From a virus (lineage: Duplodnaviria > Caudoviricetes), in the IMG/VR virus record IMGVR_UViG_3300028557_000125, positions 1 to 32,203 of that record: a stretch of DNA of 32,203 nucleotides, one strand, 5' to 3'. The notes under the pieces are model-generated. The model ran no database searches, was not told where the DNA came from, and saw only the letters and a program-made list of their open reading frames with translations. A program made the position numbers and the translations under genes. Of this stretch, positions 16,760 to 26,053 are shown piece after piece. Position 1 is the first letter of the stretch. Each line of letters begins with the position of its first letter.

Positions 16760-19700
16760 GTATTGCAATTCTACAATTAACGCAAAGTAGACCAATTATC
16801 AGCACTACAGCTTTAACTGGTATAACTGGTGACTCATTGTTAATGGTAGGAGATAATTTTAAATTTGGAATAACACAACTTTCTGGTCAAAACATAAGCG
16901 ATAATGGTAGTTATTTTAATTTATATGGCCAATATAAACAAAATATTTCTGGATTAAATAATACTATTGATGAAAATAGTATACTTTTCACTATTCCGTC
17001 AGGAATTCCAGAAGGAGCAAATTATCAATTAACTGTTTTTAATCAAGCTGGATCATCAGTAAATAATGCAAATTTAAATATAATTGGTAAACCTAGTATT
17101 AGTGGAATTGATCTTCTTTCTGGTTTACCAGATGATTACATCAGAATATCTGGTAAAAACTTTAATCCTGCTCCAGATTTTACTTTAATTGATACATTAG
17201 GAAATAGAACTAAACCAGATTTTATTTCTAATCTATATTCCATTTCTAGCGTAGATATTACATCATACGGAACGGGATATCAAAGTGGTGATTTTATTAT
17301 AATTTCTGGTCAAAAACCTTTATCTAGTGAAACATATGGATTATTACAAATCGCTCAAACTGGAATAAGTGGTTCTGCAGGTGCAATTGAAATTATAAAT
17401 TCTGGAATTTTTACTGTACCATTTGATACAAATCTTAATTTAACCACATCAGGGCAAATTGGAGATGGATTAAATTTTAATCTAATTTATAATAATTATT
17501 CTTCTGGTAATTTTGATTATCTAGAGTTTCAAGTTCCATATAATGTTAAAAAATTACAAAGTGGTTTAGTAGAAAATTTAAGATATAAAGAAAGCTTAGG
17601 AAGTGTTATCACAGGATTTAATGTTCTTGGTATACCAGAAATTTATACATTATCTTCTTTGACTGGCACAGTAGATACGGATAAAATTACAATCAGTGGA
17701 GAGAATTTAAATTTTGTAAGCGATGTTTTTATTGGAGATTTTGGAGTAGAATTTTCTGGAATAGACTCAAATTCTTTAAATTTTAATGTAGATAATTTTG
17801 CAGAAACTAATTTCATAACAGTGTCTGGAAAATATGGATCAAGCACAAATTCAAGTTTATTTAACGTTTCCTATCCTCCTATTATAGCTAGCGGATTTAA
17901 CCCTCAAGACGTTTTAATAGGAACAGGAGCTGTAATTAATATATCTGGAAAATATTTACAAAGATTAAATTATTTAAATCTTGGCCAACCAAATATATTA
18001 AAAAAATATATTACAATAACAAATTCTGGAAAAGCCGCATCTTTTAACTTACCAAACGAATTAAAAACTACAGAAGTTTTTGCATATTCTGTTGATTTTC
18101 CTAGTTCTGGAACTACAGTTTTATCTCCAAGTACAAGTAATAAATTAGTTATTTCTCAAAGATTAAATACTGCTTTATTAAATTTTAATTATCTTTCTGG
18201 AATAAATGCTGCAAGATATTTAGATGAGATAGAGTTTTTTACTCCAGACCAATATACAGGTGATGGAGATTTTGGAAACATAAATAATTCTGATATTTTC
18301 TTTTTATCTCCTACTGGTTATACATTTATAACAGGTTCATTTAATCGAAGCGGTATAAAAGTAAGTAATACTCCTGGAAGCTTACGTATACAAGTTCCAA
18401 GAGAAGTAGATAATCCTATATGCCCAATTAAAATAATTAGAAATAAATTTAAAGATCAATATATTCTTCCTAGTAATAAATTTGTTAATATTTTACCAAC
18501 TATATTTGCTATTTCATCACTTAATACATTAAGTGGCACTGGATATAGCACTATTCTTCCAGGTAGTATAAATGAAGGCGGAGAATCTCAAGGCTCTGTT
18601 AATGTTGTTACAGATGGATTTATAAAAATTAGTGGTATTAATGCATCCAATGCAACAAAATTAGTATTTAGTGGTTATAGTGGAAATTTAAATCTTTTTG
18701 GATATAAGCAGGCTCCAGAGTTTTTAGTACTTGAAACTGCGTCTAAAGATACTTCTCAAATAGAAGGTATTAGCGGAGATCATACAGGATATACAATTTT
18801 TACATCTCAACTTGGTGGAGATTATACTGGATCAGGTCAAGCATTTTTAACTCATCCACTTTATGGAACTGGATATGGTTATGAAAATTATAATATAACA
18901 AATGATATAATTAAAATCTATCCTGTTTCTGGTTATCGACCAACTGATTCATTTATATTCACAAGTCCAAAAACATTTGCAACACCTTTGGATGAACCAT
19001 TTGAATATACAATACAAACAAACTCTTTTGCTACAAAATTTGAAATTTCACCAACTACTGCGTATGGTTGGGGTCCAGCAGATTGGCCAAGTGGTTATGC
19101 TGGATATGTATACACAGGAGTGCAAGGTGGAAATAAAATTGCTGGAATTCCTTGGTGGGGTAGAAAATATTGGGTTAAAATAAGAGCTCTTGATGGAGAT
19201 CAACCAAATGAGGCTATGTCATTAGAATTAGCCTTTGGTGTTTCTGGAAGAAGTTTAGCTGGACCAGGAGTTGTTTATAGAGGAGATTGGGAAACTGGTG
19301 TTGTATATGTAGGAAATCAATTAAGAAGAGATTTAGTAAAGTACGCTAATGATGGAAGCAATTATTGGTATGCAACACAAACTAATTCTGGCACAAACGA
19401 TTTAGATGCTCCAAGTGCGCTTAGCATCAATTGGTTACGTTTTGATACAGAATTTAGCGCAGTTGCTACAAAGATTTTATTAGCAGAACAATCTAATATT
19501 ACAACTAGTTTAAATATTGGAGTATATAATGCTAAAACAGGAGTTATCAAGAGCGTTAATGATGTTAATTTTGATTTTGGTAGCGGATTTTTCCTTGGTT
19601 ATGATACCTCATTAGGAGCAATTAATCCACAATTACCAAAAATGAGAGTTGGTAACACAGATGAAGGATATATTAAATGGGATGGACAAAGATTATCAAT

Positions 19701-21582
19701 ATTAGGTTCTTTATCTGGAGTTATTACCAGTTCTAAAAATGTAAAAGATGCACAAAATATAGTAGATGCAGAATATTCTGTTGCAGTAGGTTTAAAAAAT
19801 ACAATTCCATCTAATTCAACAAATTCTTTTATATTCGGTGATAGTCATCAATTAGATTTAGCAGATAAGTCTTCAATTATTGGAGGAAAAAATAATATTA
19901 TCACTGGCACAGAATCTTTTTTGAGTACTAATTCAAATATTGCTGGTGGAGAAAGTAATTATATTCTAGGCTCTTTTTCAAATATCATGGGTGGAAAAGG
20001 AAATTATATACAAACAATAAGTACTGGCACCACGAATATAACAATGCAATCTTTTAATTATAATATAGAAGATATTTTTTCAAATATAGTTCCATATTCT
20101 GCAGGTTTTTATACTGATGATTTAGCAATATTAACTTCATATGAAAAAAGTGGAGATTTAAACTTCTTTAACATAGACTCATATGATATCGAAGCTAGTA
20201 GATTCAAAATAAATATTCCTAGTTCTGATATTTTATCTGGAGATAATAGAAATTTCACATTAAATGTTTTTGCTTCTACTTATTCTAATAATTTATTCTC
20301 TGGAACATATAGAAATAATAGTATTGGATTTTGTCAATTTAAGACATTTAAAAGTGGAATTTTATCTGGCAATAGTGAATATAGAATTAATTATCCAACT
20401 CCATTTACAGGAATTGGTTCTTCTAGACAAAAACAAGATATTGTAGTTTTATATAATTTACAAACTCAAAATTTTTATGATGCAATAGTCACAGGAGTAG
20501 ATGCTACTGGATTTAATTTGTTACTTACCGATACATTAAAAGAAGATATAACTGGTATCTTTTTTGCAGGTTCAACTGGAAATTTCACAGGTTTAGGATT
20601 AAATGCTGGTCAGATGTTACAAATACGTTCAATATTTCCATTTATAAATACAATCGATTCTGGTAGTTTTACTGGTACTTTCACAGAAAATTTATTTAAA
20701 AGCGTATCTAATCCTTTAAAAGTGTTTGGAAGAGCTTCAAATGAAAATATTTCTGGTCAACCAACAGATCAAAATTTCTATTACAGTAAAAAGAGCCATA
20801 ATACAACTGGTCAATTTGTTGTTAATATTTCAAGTAATATATCTGGACTAGGTAAATTAACAGGCATTAAATATGAATATATTGCTACAGATATAGATCT
20901 AGATCGACAATCAGCTTTTATATTACAAGGAGACGATGTTTACGGAAAATTTGCTGACTTTTCTTTTAGTGATATCGGTAGTTCAACCATTGGTGGTGGT
21001 ACAGGTAATTTAATTATAGGATCTATATCTTATATTGGAGCAGGAGTTAGTAATACAATTATTGGAGATTATGACATTATTCCTGGAGGTAGAAATAATA
21101 AAATTATTGATACTAATTCTAATGATGTATCCCTTGCTGACTTTTCGGCAATTTTAGGTGGTAAAGACAATACTATTACTGGACACGTAACTGAAGGTGT
21201 TATTTTAGGTGGTAAGAATAATACAATTATAAATACAAATTATACTAATAATTTTGAAATAGATTCTGCAACAATCATAAATGGAGATAATAACATAATT
21301 TCTGGAAATTATTCTACAATTATTAATGGTCAAAATAATATAATAAGTGGAGATTACAACTATACTCTTGGAAATAATATAAAAATTACAGGAAGTGGTT
21401 GCATAGTCGTAAGAGATCTTACTAGTGGTAACTTACAGTTTTCAACAAACGTAGATAATGCTATGTATTTGAGTTACAAAACTATTATTCTTGATATAAA
21501 TAAAATTCCTACAGATTCTGCTCAAGTTCCTGTTAGTGGATTATATAGAAACGGAACTTTTTTACAAATTAGACTTTCTTAA
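16756..21582 (+). CDS. Large tail fibre/adhesin: IPT/TIG repeats, Ig-like, CBM5/12-like, YadA-head-like repeats and H-lectin-like domains
   Basis: Multiple P.I...S...G......ITISG.N IPT repeats; WETGVVY...DLVKY...YWYA...P....W; GG..N.I repeats (SSIIGGKNNII, SAILGGKDNTI, VILGGKNNTI); terminal PTDS...SGLYRNGTFLQI. Confidence 0.7.
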   Translation: MSIAILQLTQSRPIISTTALTGITGDSLLMVGDNFKFGITQLSGQNISDNGSYFNLYGQYKQNISGLNNTIDENSILFTIPSGIPEGANYQLTVFNQAGSSVNNANLNIIGKPSISGIDLLSGLPDDYIRISGKNFNPAPDFTLIDTLGNRTKPDFISNLYSISSVDITSYGTGYQSGDFIIISGQKPLSSETYGLLQIAQTGISGSAGAIEIINSGIFTVPFDTNLNLTTSGQIGDGLNFNLIYNNYSSGNFDYLEFQVPYNVKKLQSGLVENLRYKESLGSVITGFNVLGIPEIYTLSSLTGTVDTDKITISGENLNFVSDVFIGDFGVEFSGIDSNSLNFNVDNFAETNFITVSGKYGSSTNSSLFNVSYPPIIASGFNPQDVLIGTGAVINISGKYLQRLNYLNLGQPNILKKYITITNSGKAASFNLPNELKTTEVFAYSVDFPSSGTTVLSPSTSNKLVISQRLNTALLNFNYLSGINAARYLDEIEFFTPDQYTGDGDFGNINNSDIFFLSPTGYTFITGSFNRSGIKVSNTPGSLRIQVPREVDNPICPIKIIRNKFKDQYILPSNKFVNILPTIFAISSLNTLSGTGYSTILPGSINEGGESQGSVNVVTDGFIKISGINASNATKLVFSGYSGNLNLFGYKQAPEFLVLETASKDTSQIEGISGDHTGYTIFTSQLGGDYTGSGQAFLTHPLYGTGYGYENYNITNDIIKIYPVSGYRPTDSFIFTSPKTFATPLDEPFEYTIQTNSFATKFEISPTTAYGWGPADWPSGYAGYVYTGVQGGNKIAGIPWWGRKYWVKIRALDGDQPNEAMSLELAFGVSGRSLAGPGVVYRGDWETGVVYVGNQLRRDLVKYANDGSNYWYATQTNSGTNDLDAPSALSINWLRFDTEFSAVATKILLAEQSNITTSLNIGVYNAKTGVIKSVNDVNFDFGSGFFLGYDTSLGAINPQLPKMRVGNTDEGYIKWDGQRLSILGSLSGVITSSKNVKDAQNIVDAEYSVAVGLKNTIPSNSTNSFIFGDSHQLDLADKSSIIGGKNNIITGTESFLSTNSNIAGGESNYILGSFSNIMGGKGNYIQTISTGTTNITMQSFNYNIEDIFSNIVPYSAGFYTDDLAILTSYEKSGDLNFFNIDSYDIEASRFKINIPSSDILSGDNRNFTLNVFASTYSNNLFSGTYRNNSIGFCQFKTFKSGILSGNSEYRINYPTPFTGIGSSRQKQDIVVLYNLQTQNFYDAIVTGVDATGFNLLLTDTLKEDITGIFFAGSTGNFTGLGLNAGQMLQIRSIFPFINTIDSGSFTGTFTENLFKSVSNPLKVFGRASNENISGQPTDQNFYYSKKSHNTTGQFVVNISSNISGLGKLTGIKYEYIATDIDLDRQSAFILQGDDVYGKFADFSFSDIGSSTIGGGTGNLIIGSISYIGAGVSNTIIGDYDIIPGGRNNKIIDTNSNDVSLADFSAILGGKDNTITGHVTEGVILGGKNNTIINTNYTNNFEIDSATIINGDNNIISGNYSTIINGQNNIISGDYNYTLGNNIKITGSGCIVVRDLTSGNLQFSTNVDNAMYLSYKTIILDINKIPTDSAQVPVSGLYRNGTFLQIRLS

Positions 21583-22363
21583 GTCTTTCAATTAATTCAA
21601 ATACTTTACTTTTTGGGATATCTTTGACAGAATTAAAGTCTTCAGATTTTTCGAACTTTTCTTTAATTAATTTCTTTTTTAATGTTTCAAAAGAAATACC
21701 TTTATCTTGCATTACCTTTTCCAATAAAGCCGTAGGATTCATTGGATTTTCTTTTTCAGAATCTTCTTTGGCTACTAATCCAAGTTTAGCATCTCCAAGC
21801 TCTTCTTGAGATACTATATTAATCTTTAAGAAATTACGAACACAACGAACGAAAGCTCTATTTTCTGCGATTGCTGCTAAGAAATATCTAGCAAAATCTT
21901 TTGTATTTACAAGAGATGCGTCTGCTAGAGCTTCAAATATTACTGGTCTATTTTCGGTTTCGTAATTAGGAACCCAAGTAATCCTGCAAGATGTTGCGAA
22001 ATAATTATCTGCAGCAGTTACCACTTTATATTCCACGCTTGTAAAACCACGAATTTGTGCCAATTCTTTGATTCCACCTAAAAGGACTAGCAAATCCTTG
22101 TCTTCTAGTTTAGAAACATCTGTCTCTTGTGTTCTTTGTCTATTTGGAACGAGATATTGAGTCTTAACCATAGCTCTCCAATTAATAGAGCCATCTTCAT
22201 TAAAGACATAATTAATATTATCATTCTCCAATAATCCATAACAATTTCTAATAAATAGCTTTGGTGGATTTACTTTTGGTGTTGGAATAACTATATTATC
22301 CATAAATTTTACTGCTCCTGTTTTATTTAGTTCTGAACTATTAATTGAAATTGATTCTTCCAT
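21569..22363 (-). CDS. Putative single-strand annealing protein (Rad52/Redbeta-like superfamily)
   Basis: GIKELAQIRG...FEALADA...LAAIAENRAFVRCVRNFLKINIVSQEEL resembles the SSAP C-terminal helix (AMAETRA..RA.R......S.EE). Replication context. Confidence 0.5.
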   Translation of the reverse strand: MEESISINSSELNKTGAVKFMDNIVIPTPKVNPPKLFIRNCYGLLENDNINYVFNEDGSINWRAMVKTQYLVPNRQRTQETDVSKLEDKDLLVLLGGIKELAQIRGFTSVEYKVVTAADNYFATSCRITWVPNYETENRPVIFEALADASLVNTKDFARYFLAAIAENRAFVRCVRNFLKINIVSQEELGDAKLGLVAKEDSEKENPMNPTALLEKVMQDKGISFETLKKKLIKEKFEKSEDFNSVKDIPKSKVFELIERLKKV

Positions 22364-22369
22364 TTAAGT

Positions 22370-22398
22370 ATATTACTATACTTTTAATATTATGTCAA
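22370..22398 (-). promoter_or_regulatory. Sigma70-like promoter TTGACA-17-TAATAT, 6 nt before ATG (leaderless)
   Basis: -35 at 22393-22398, -10 at 22370-22375, ATG at 22363. Confidence 0.65.
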
Positions 22399-23553
22399 CT
22401 CAAATAAATAAAAATACTTTGCTTCTTCCCAAAATTCTGGAATATCAATAACTTTTATTGGTTTACTCTCAAATGGAATATTTTTTAAATAAGCCGCTTT
22501 TGAATTGTAAATTTGCCCATTACTTATGGTAATTTTATTAGAATTATAATATAAATTATTAATATCTTTTAAATTCTTAATATCTTCTTTTTTACTTTTT
22601 ACAACCTTAATGATTTGTTGATAATCCATATAATCTAATTTAATTGATTTTACAAACTCTTCTGATAGATCAGTGGATAAAACATATGGTATGCCTAAGC
22701 TTTTTAAAACTTTAACAAAACTTAAATCATGATTTTGATCCAAATTATAAATAATTTGAGCTATATTAGATTTATAAGTTTTTAGTATTTCTGAACTAAT
22801 TGGTTTTGATGTTACAATCGAACAGTTGTTTCTTTTTAATTGTTCTCTTAGGGCTTCTTCATTGAATTCATAATCCATACGCATTATTAAAGAATTTACT
22901 CCTAATTTAGATATATCAGCTATGATAGAATTTGGTACAGATTCTATTAGTTTCCTGCTATACTCTTCACCAATACGGAATGTTTTAATATTTATTTTTT
23001 GTAAATCTAAAAACTCTAATATCGAGTTAGCAATACTGATTGGATCAATTTCATTTATAGTTTTTGGAGATTCTTCTGCAGAGTAGCTTGGTTTTCTATC
23101 TTGTTTATTAATTTCTAAAATTTTAATATTATTCTTAGAGTTAAAATATGGACCTGCATTCTCTGGTCTACTATTAGAATATAATGCTACAATAGGCTTA
23201 TCATAGCTACTAGCAACATGTACTCCAAAACTGTCTGCTCCAAAATGCAGTAACCCTCTTTTAATAATATACGCAGCTTGATTTATAGTTGTTTTTCCCT
23301 GCATATGATAGCAATTCTCTATCGGTTTTTCATCTTTTCCGCCAATTTGAATAATATGAATATTTTTTTGACTTAATATTGGAACAAGTTGATTAACGAC
23401 TTCTTGCCAGAAATCATAGCTTTTAGAAGTATATTTACTGCATGGCTGAAAAGATATATATTCATCAAATGGAATTGGACAATATTTTTCATAAACATAT
23501 GGTTTATCTATTTTTAAACCACAATTCAAAGCGTATGTTTCAATTAGATGCAT
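22390..23553 (-). CDS. Glycosyltransferase family 9 (heptosyltransferase-like) C-terminal half plus unknown C-terminal domain
   Basis: HLIETY, KSYDFWQEVV, IIQIGG, GKTTINQAAYIIK...HFGADSFGVHVASSYDKPIVALYS. Confidence 0.8.
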   Translation of the reverse strand: MHLIETYALNCGLKIDKPYVYEKYCPIPFDEYISFQPCSKYTSKSYDFWQEVVNQLVPILSQKNIHIIQIGGKDEKPIENCYHMQGKTTINQAAYIIKRGLLHFGADSFGVHVASSYDKPIVALYSNSRPENAGPYFNSKNNIKILEINKQDRKPSYSAEESPKTINEIDPISIANSILEFLDLQKINIKTFRIGEEYSRKLIESVPNSIIADISKLGVNSLIMRMDYEFNEEALREQLKRNNCSIVTSKPISSEILKTYKSNIAQIIYNLDQNHDLSFVKVLKSLGIPYVLSTDLSEEFVKSIKLDYMDYQQIIKVVKSKKEDIKNLKDINNLYYNSNKITISNGQIYNSKAAYLKNIPFESKPIKVIDIPEFWEEAKYFYLFELT

Positions 23554-25456
23554 ATTTGTAATCCTTATAAGCTATATTTGTTTTGCCATTGTGAAGATAA
23601 GTTAAAAATCTTTGAGTCTGAGAGTAAGGAAGAAAAGCTATTTCAAAATAACCTTTATGCGACCCAATTCCTTCTAGCCATGTAAGACTATCCATTTGAG
23701 AAACGTATTGAATGACCTTATGAACATAGGGATTTGCTTCTAGTACTTCAAAGTATTCTGGCTTTGTAGCTACATATAAATTATAATTTGGATATTGCTC
23801 TTTTATTGATTTGAATAAGCTGGTAGATAAAAATACATCTCCAATGCTCTCTGGCATTACATATAGCAATCTTTTACCATCATCTTTATCTAGGATCTCT
23901 TCGAAAGAAACTGTTTTAGTTTTATTATTATCTTGATCAGCAACTTGTCTAAAATAATTTTCTATATCATTTCTTTTAGTGCCTTTCTGCAATTCATTCA
24001 TCCAATATTTATAGCCATCATCTTCTTTATTTATGTCCTTGGCTTTTAATATATTCTTATATAAGAATAAAATCCATTCTCCATCATCTTTAATATCAGG
24101 AACTACATAGTATGGATCTTTTTCTTCTATTGTAAATGATAAATTTTTATCAACTTCTGGACAAGAGTCAATGAAATCTTCTATAAATTTTCCAATAATA
24201 TTTATTGAATAATTTTCTATAGTCCATTCTCTTGCTTTTTTACCATACTCAACTCTTTCTTCTTTTGACATCGAGTATACTTTTTGTAAGTTTTGTGCAA
24301 TAGATTTTGGACAAGTAGATGCTTTAATAAATTCTGTACCATGCTCTCTGTACTCACTCCAATCAAGAGGAAGACTATACGCCTCTTTTTTGCATAACTC
24401 TTCTCCACAACTATAATTTGTGACTAAAGTAATTAATTCGGCTAATTTAGCTTCTTGAATTGGTATTTCTTGTCCTCCACTTGTGAATGGATGGCAATAA
24501 ACATCCATAAGATTATATACTTCATTCAATTCTTGTTCTGTAACACCTACGCCAACATTTGTTGTTGTCTGACTTTTTTTATGACCACAGAATTTACAAT
24601 CTAAATCTTGACCAGTAAAATTTTTAACTTCATAACTTCCACAAACTTTACAAATATATGTTGTGTATATTTCTTTAGGATCTATACCGTACTCACCAGC
24701 TAGCTTCATGATGTTCCAGCCTTCTCCAAAATGAGTATGAAGTAGTAAGCCAGAATTTTTTATATTATTTTCTTTTTTCCAGATGGCATAACCTTCTAAA
24801 AGATTAGGTACGCTTTTCCTTAATTGATTACGGAAAACAAATCCAACCATAAATTTATTTTCATCAATATTAAATTTTAACCTTAAGTCTTTTCTGTTTT
24901 GATCTGGTAATTTATTAAAATTTTCTGTATCTAAAGCCCCATGAACGGTTTTAACATGTTTGTGGCCTAATTTATGTAATGCTTTCGTTGCAAAATCACT
25001 CCAAATCCAATAATTCTTAACTTTAGGCGCACATTTCACAGCAGATTCAAGAATAGGCAAAGAATCTAAAGTAGTCCAAATAACAGAATTAATTTTATTA
25101 AACCAAGGCTTATCTATAGCAAAATCAACTCCCCATATATCTTGAACAGCAATATAAACATCTGGCTTTTCTTCTTTTATTATTTCATCTAATAGATAAG
25201 CTCCATAACTAGCCATTCTAGCTAAATGAGGATCTTTATTTAATTTATCTACTTCTTGCTGTGTGTTAGGTAATGATCCACAGCTTTTCCAAGGTGTTCT
25301 ATCTAATTGAGGATTACCTTTTTGCATTCCACAGCAATAATTAACAATATCATATTTTCCAGTCTTATATAAGTATTTTAGAATAGCTTTAGAATTTCTT
25401 CCAAAACCTGTTTTTGCTAAACTAAAATCAGATTGAAAAACGATCTTTTTACGCAT
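23540..25456 (-). CDS. Glycosyltransferase (GT4-like, GT-B) with zinc-ribbon insert, DUF4214-like domain and a C-terminal GT9 N-terminal half
   Basis: TGFGR, VGFVFRNQLRK, LNEVYNLMDVYCHPFTSGGQEIPIQEA; CKVC...CKFC; LYKNIL.....DDGYKYW..EL; LLYVMPESIGDVFLSTSLFKSIKEQYP...LEANPYVHKVI. Confidence 0.85.
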   Translation of the reverse strand: MRKKIVFQSDFSLAKTGFGRNSKAILKYLYKTGKYDIVNYCCGMQKGNPQLDRTPWKSCGSLPNTQQEVDKLNKDPHLARMASYGAYLLDEIIKEEKPDVYIAVQDIWGVDFAIDKPWFNKINSVIWTTLDSLPILESAVKCAPKVKNYWIWSDFATKALHKLGHKHVKTVHGALDTENFNKLPDQNRKDLRLKFNIDENKFMVGFVFRNQLRKSVPNLLEGYAIWKKENNIKNSGLLLHTHFGEGWNIMKLAGEYGIDPKEIYTTYICKVCGSYEVKNFTGQDLDCKFCGHKKSQTTTNVGVGVTEQELNEVYNLMDVYCHPFTSGGQEIPIQEAKLAELITLVTNYSCGEELCKKEAYSLPLDWSEYREHGTEFIKASTCPKSIAQNLQKVYSMSKEERVEYGKKAREWTIENYSINIIGKFIEDFIDSCPEVDKNLSFTIEEKDPYYVVPDIKDDGEWILFLYKNILKAKDINKEDDGYKYWMNELQKGTKRNDIENYFRQVADQDNNKTKTVSFEEILDKDDGKRLLYVMPESIGDVFLSTSLFKSIKEQYPNYNLYVATKPEYFEVLEANPYVHKVIQYVSQMDSLTWLEGIGSHKGYFEIAFLPYSQTQRFLTYLHNGKTNIAYKDYKYASN

Positions 25457-25461
25457 TTAAA

Positions 25462-26046
25462 TTACCAAAGATCTTCTTCGTTTTCTGATAAATCTGTTTT
25501 TTCCTCTACTTGTTCTACTTGGTCTTTTTGCTTTCTCTCGTCTATCGACTTAGATTTCGCATTTTTCAACTTCTTGATTTCTTCGCTTCTTTCTGTGGAA
25601 AAGATATGACTTAATCCAAATTTAATATATTCTGCAACCATTCTAGCTTCAGCAAAAGTAAATCCAATAAGAAAGCTAATAGCTGGCTGAGTAGTTTGAG
25701 TTTTAGAATTTTTAATTACATTCAAACTATATCCGATTTGCTTGTCTTCTCTAATATAAGGAGAGAACTTAATTCCTAATTTTTGATTCTCTGAATTGTG
25801 AAAGAAATCTGCAGTTCTATTATTATCTAATGCGTCAAGAATACCACATACTTCAATTTTAGAAAGTTTAACTACTACTTTTTTCTCTGGATTTTGAGCG
25901 TTCTCAGAGAAACTTCCGATCTTCTTTTGATCATTCCAGCTGGCTTGTTTAATTAAATTTAAATAAAAATTGCCATCAAGATTATTAAAAGAAAAGCTGC
26001 AAGCGGTGCCAGTTACTCTAGGGGTTGGTTTATAAATTTGTATCAT
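25462..26046 (-). CDS. Putative single-stranded DNA-binding protein, Whirly/PC4-like fold, acidic C-terminal tail
   Basis: IYK, W...K, KLSKIE...I, FFH and AE...VAEYIKF match the Whirly motif order; ends ENEEDLW; directly downstream of DnaE. Confidence 0.55.
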   Translation of the reverse strand: MIQIYKPTPRVTGTACSFSFNNLDGNFYLNLIKQASWNDQKKIGSFSENAQNPEKKVVVKLSKIEVCGILDALDNNRTADFFHNSENQKLGIKFSPYIREDKQIGYSLNVIKNSKTQTTQPAISFLIGFTFAEARMVAEYIKFGLSHIFSTERSEEIKKLKNAKSKSIDERKQKDQVEQVEEKTDLSENEEDLW

Positions 26047-26053
26047 ATACTAA

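Noticed and set aside
15881-17430. Diversity-generating retroelement TR/VR pair
   Set aside because: The similarity is protein-level and diverged at all bases, not adenine-specific; both copies are internal coding sequence and no reverse transcriptase is in the window.
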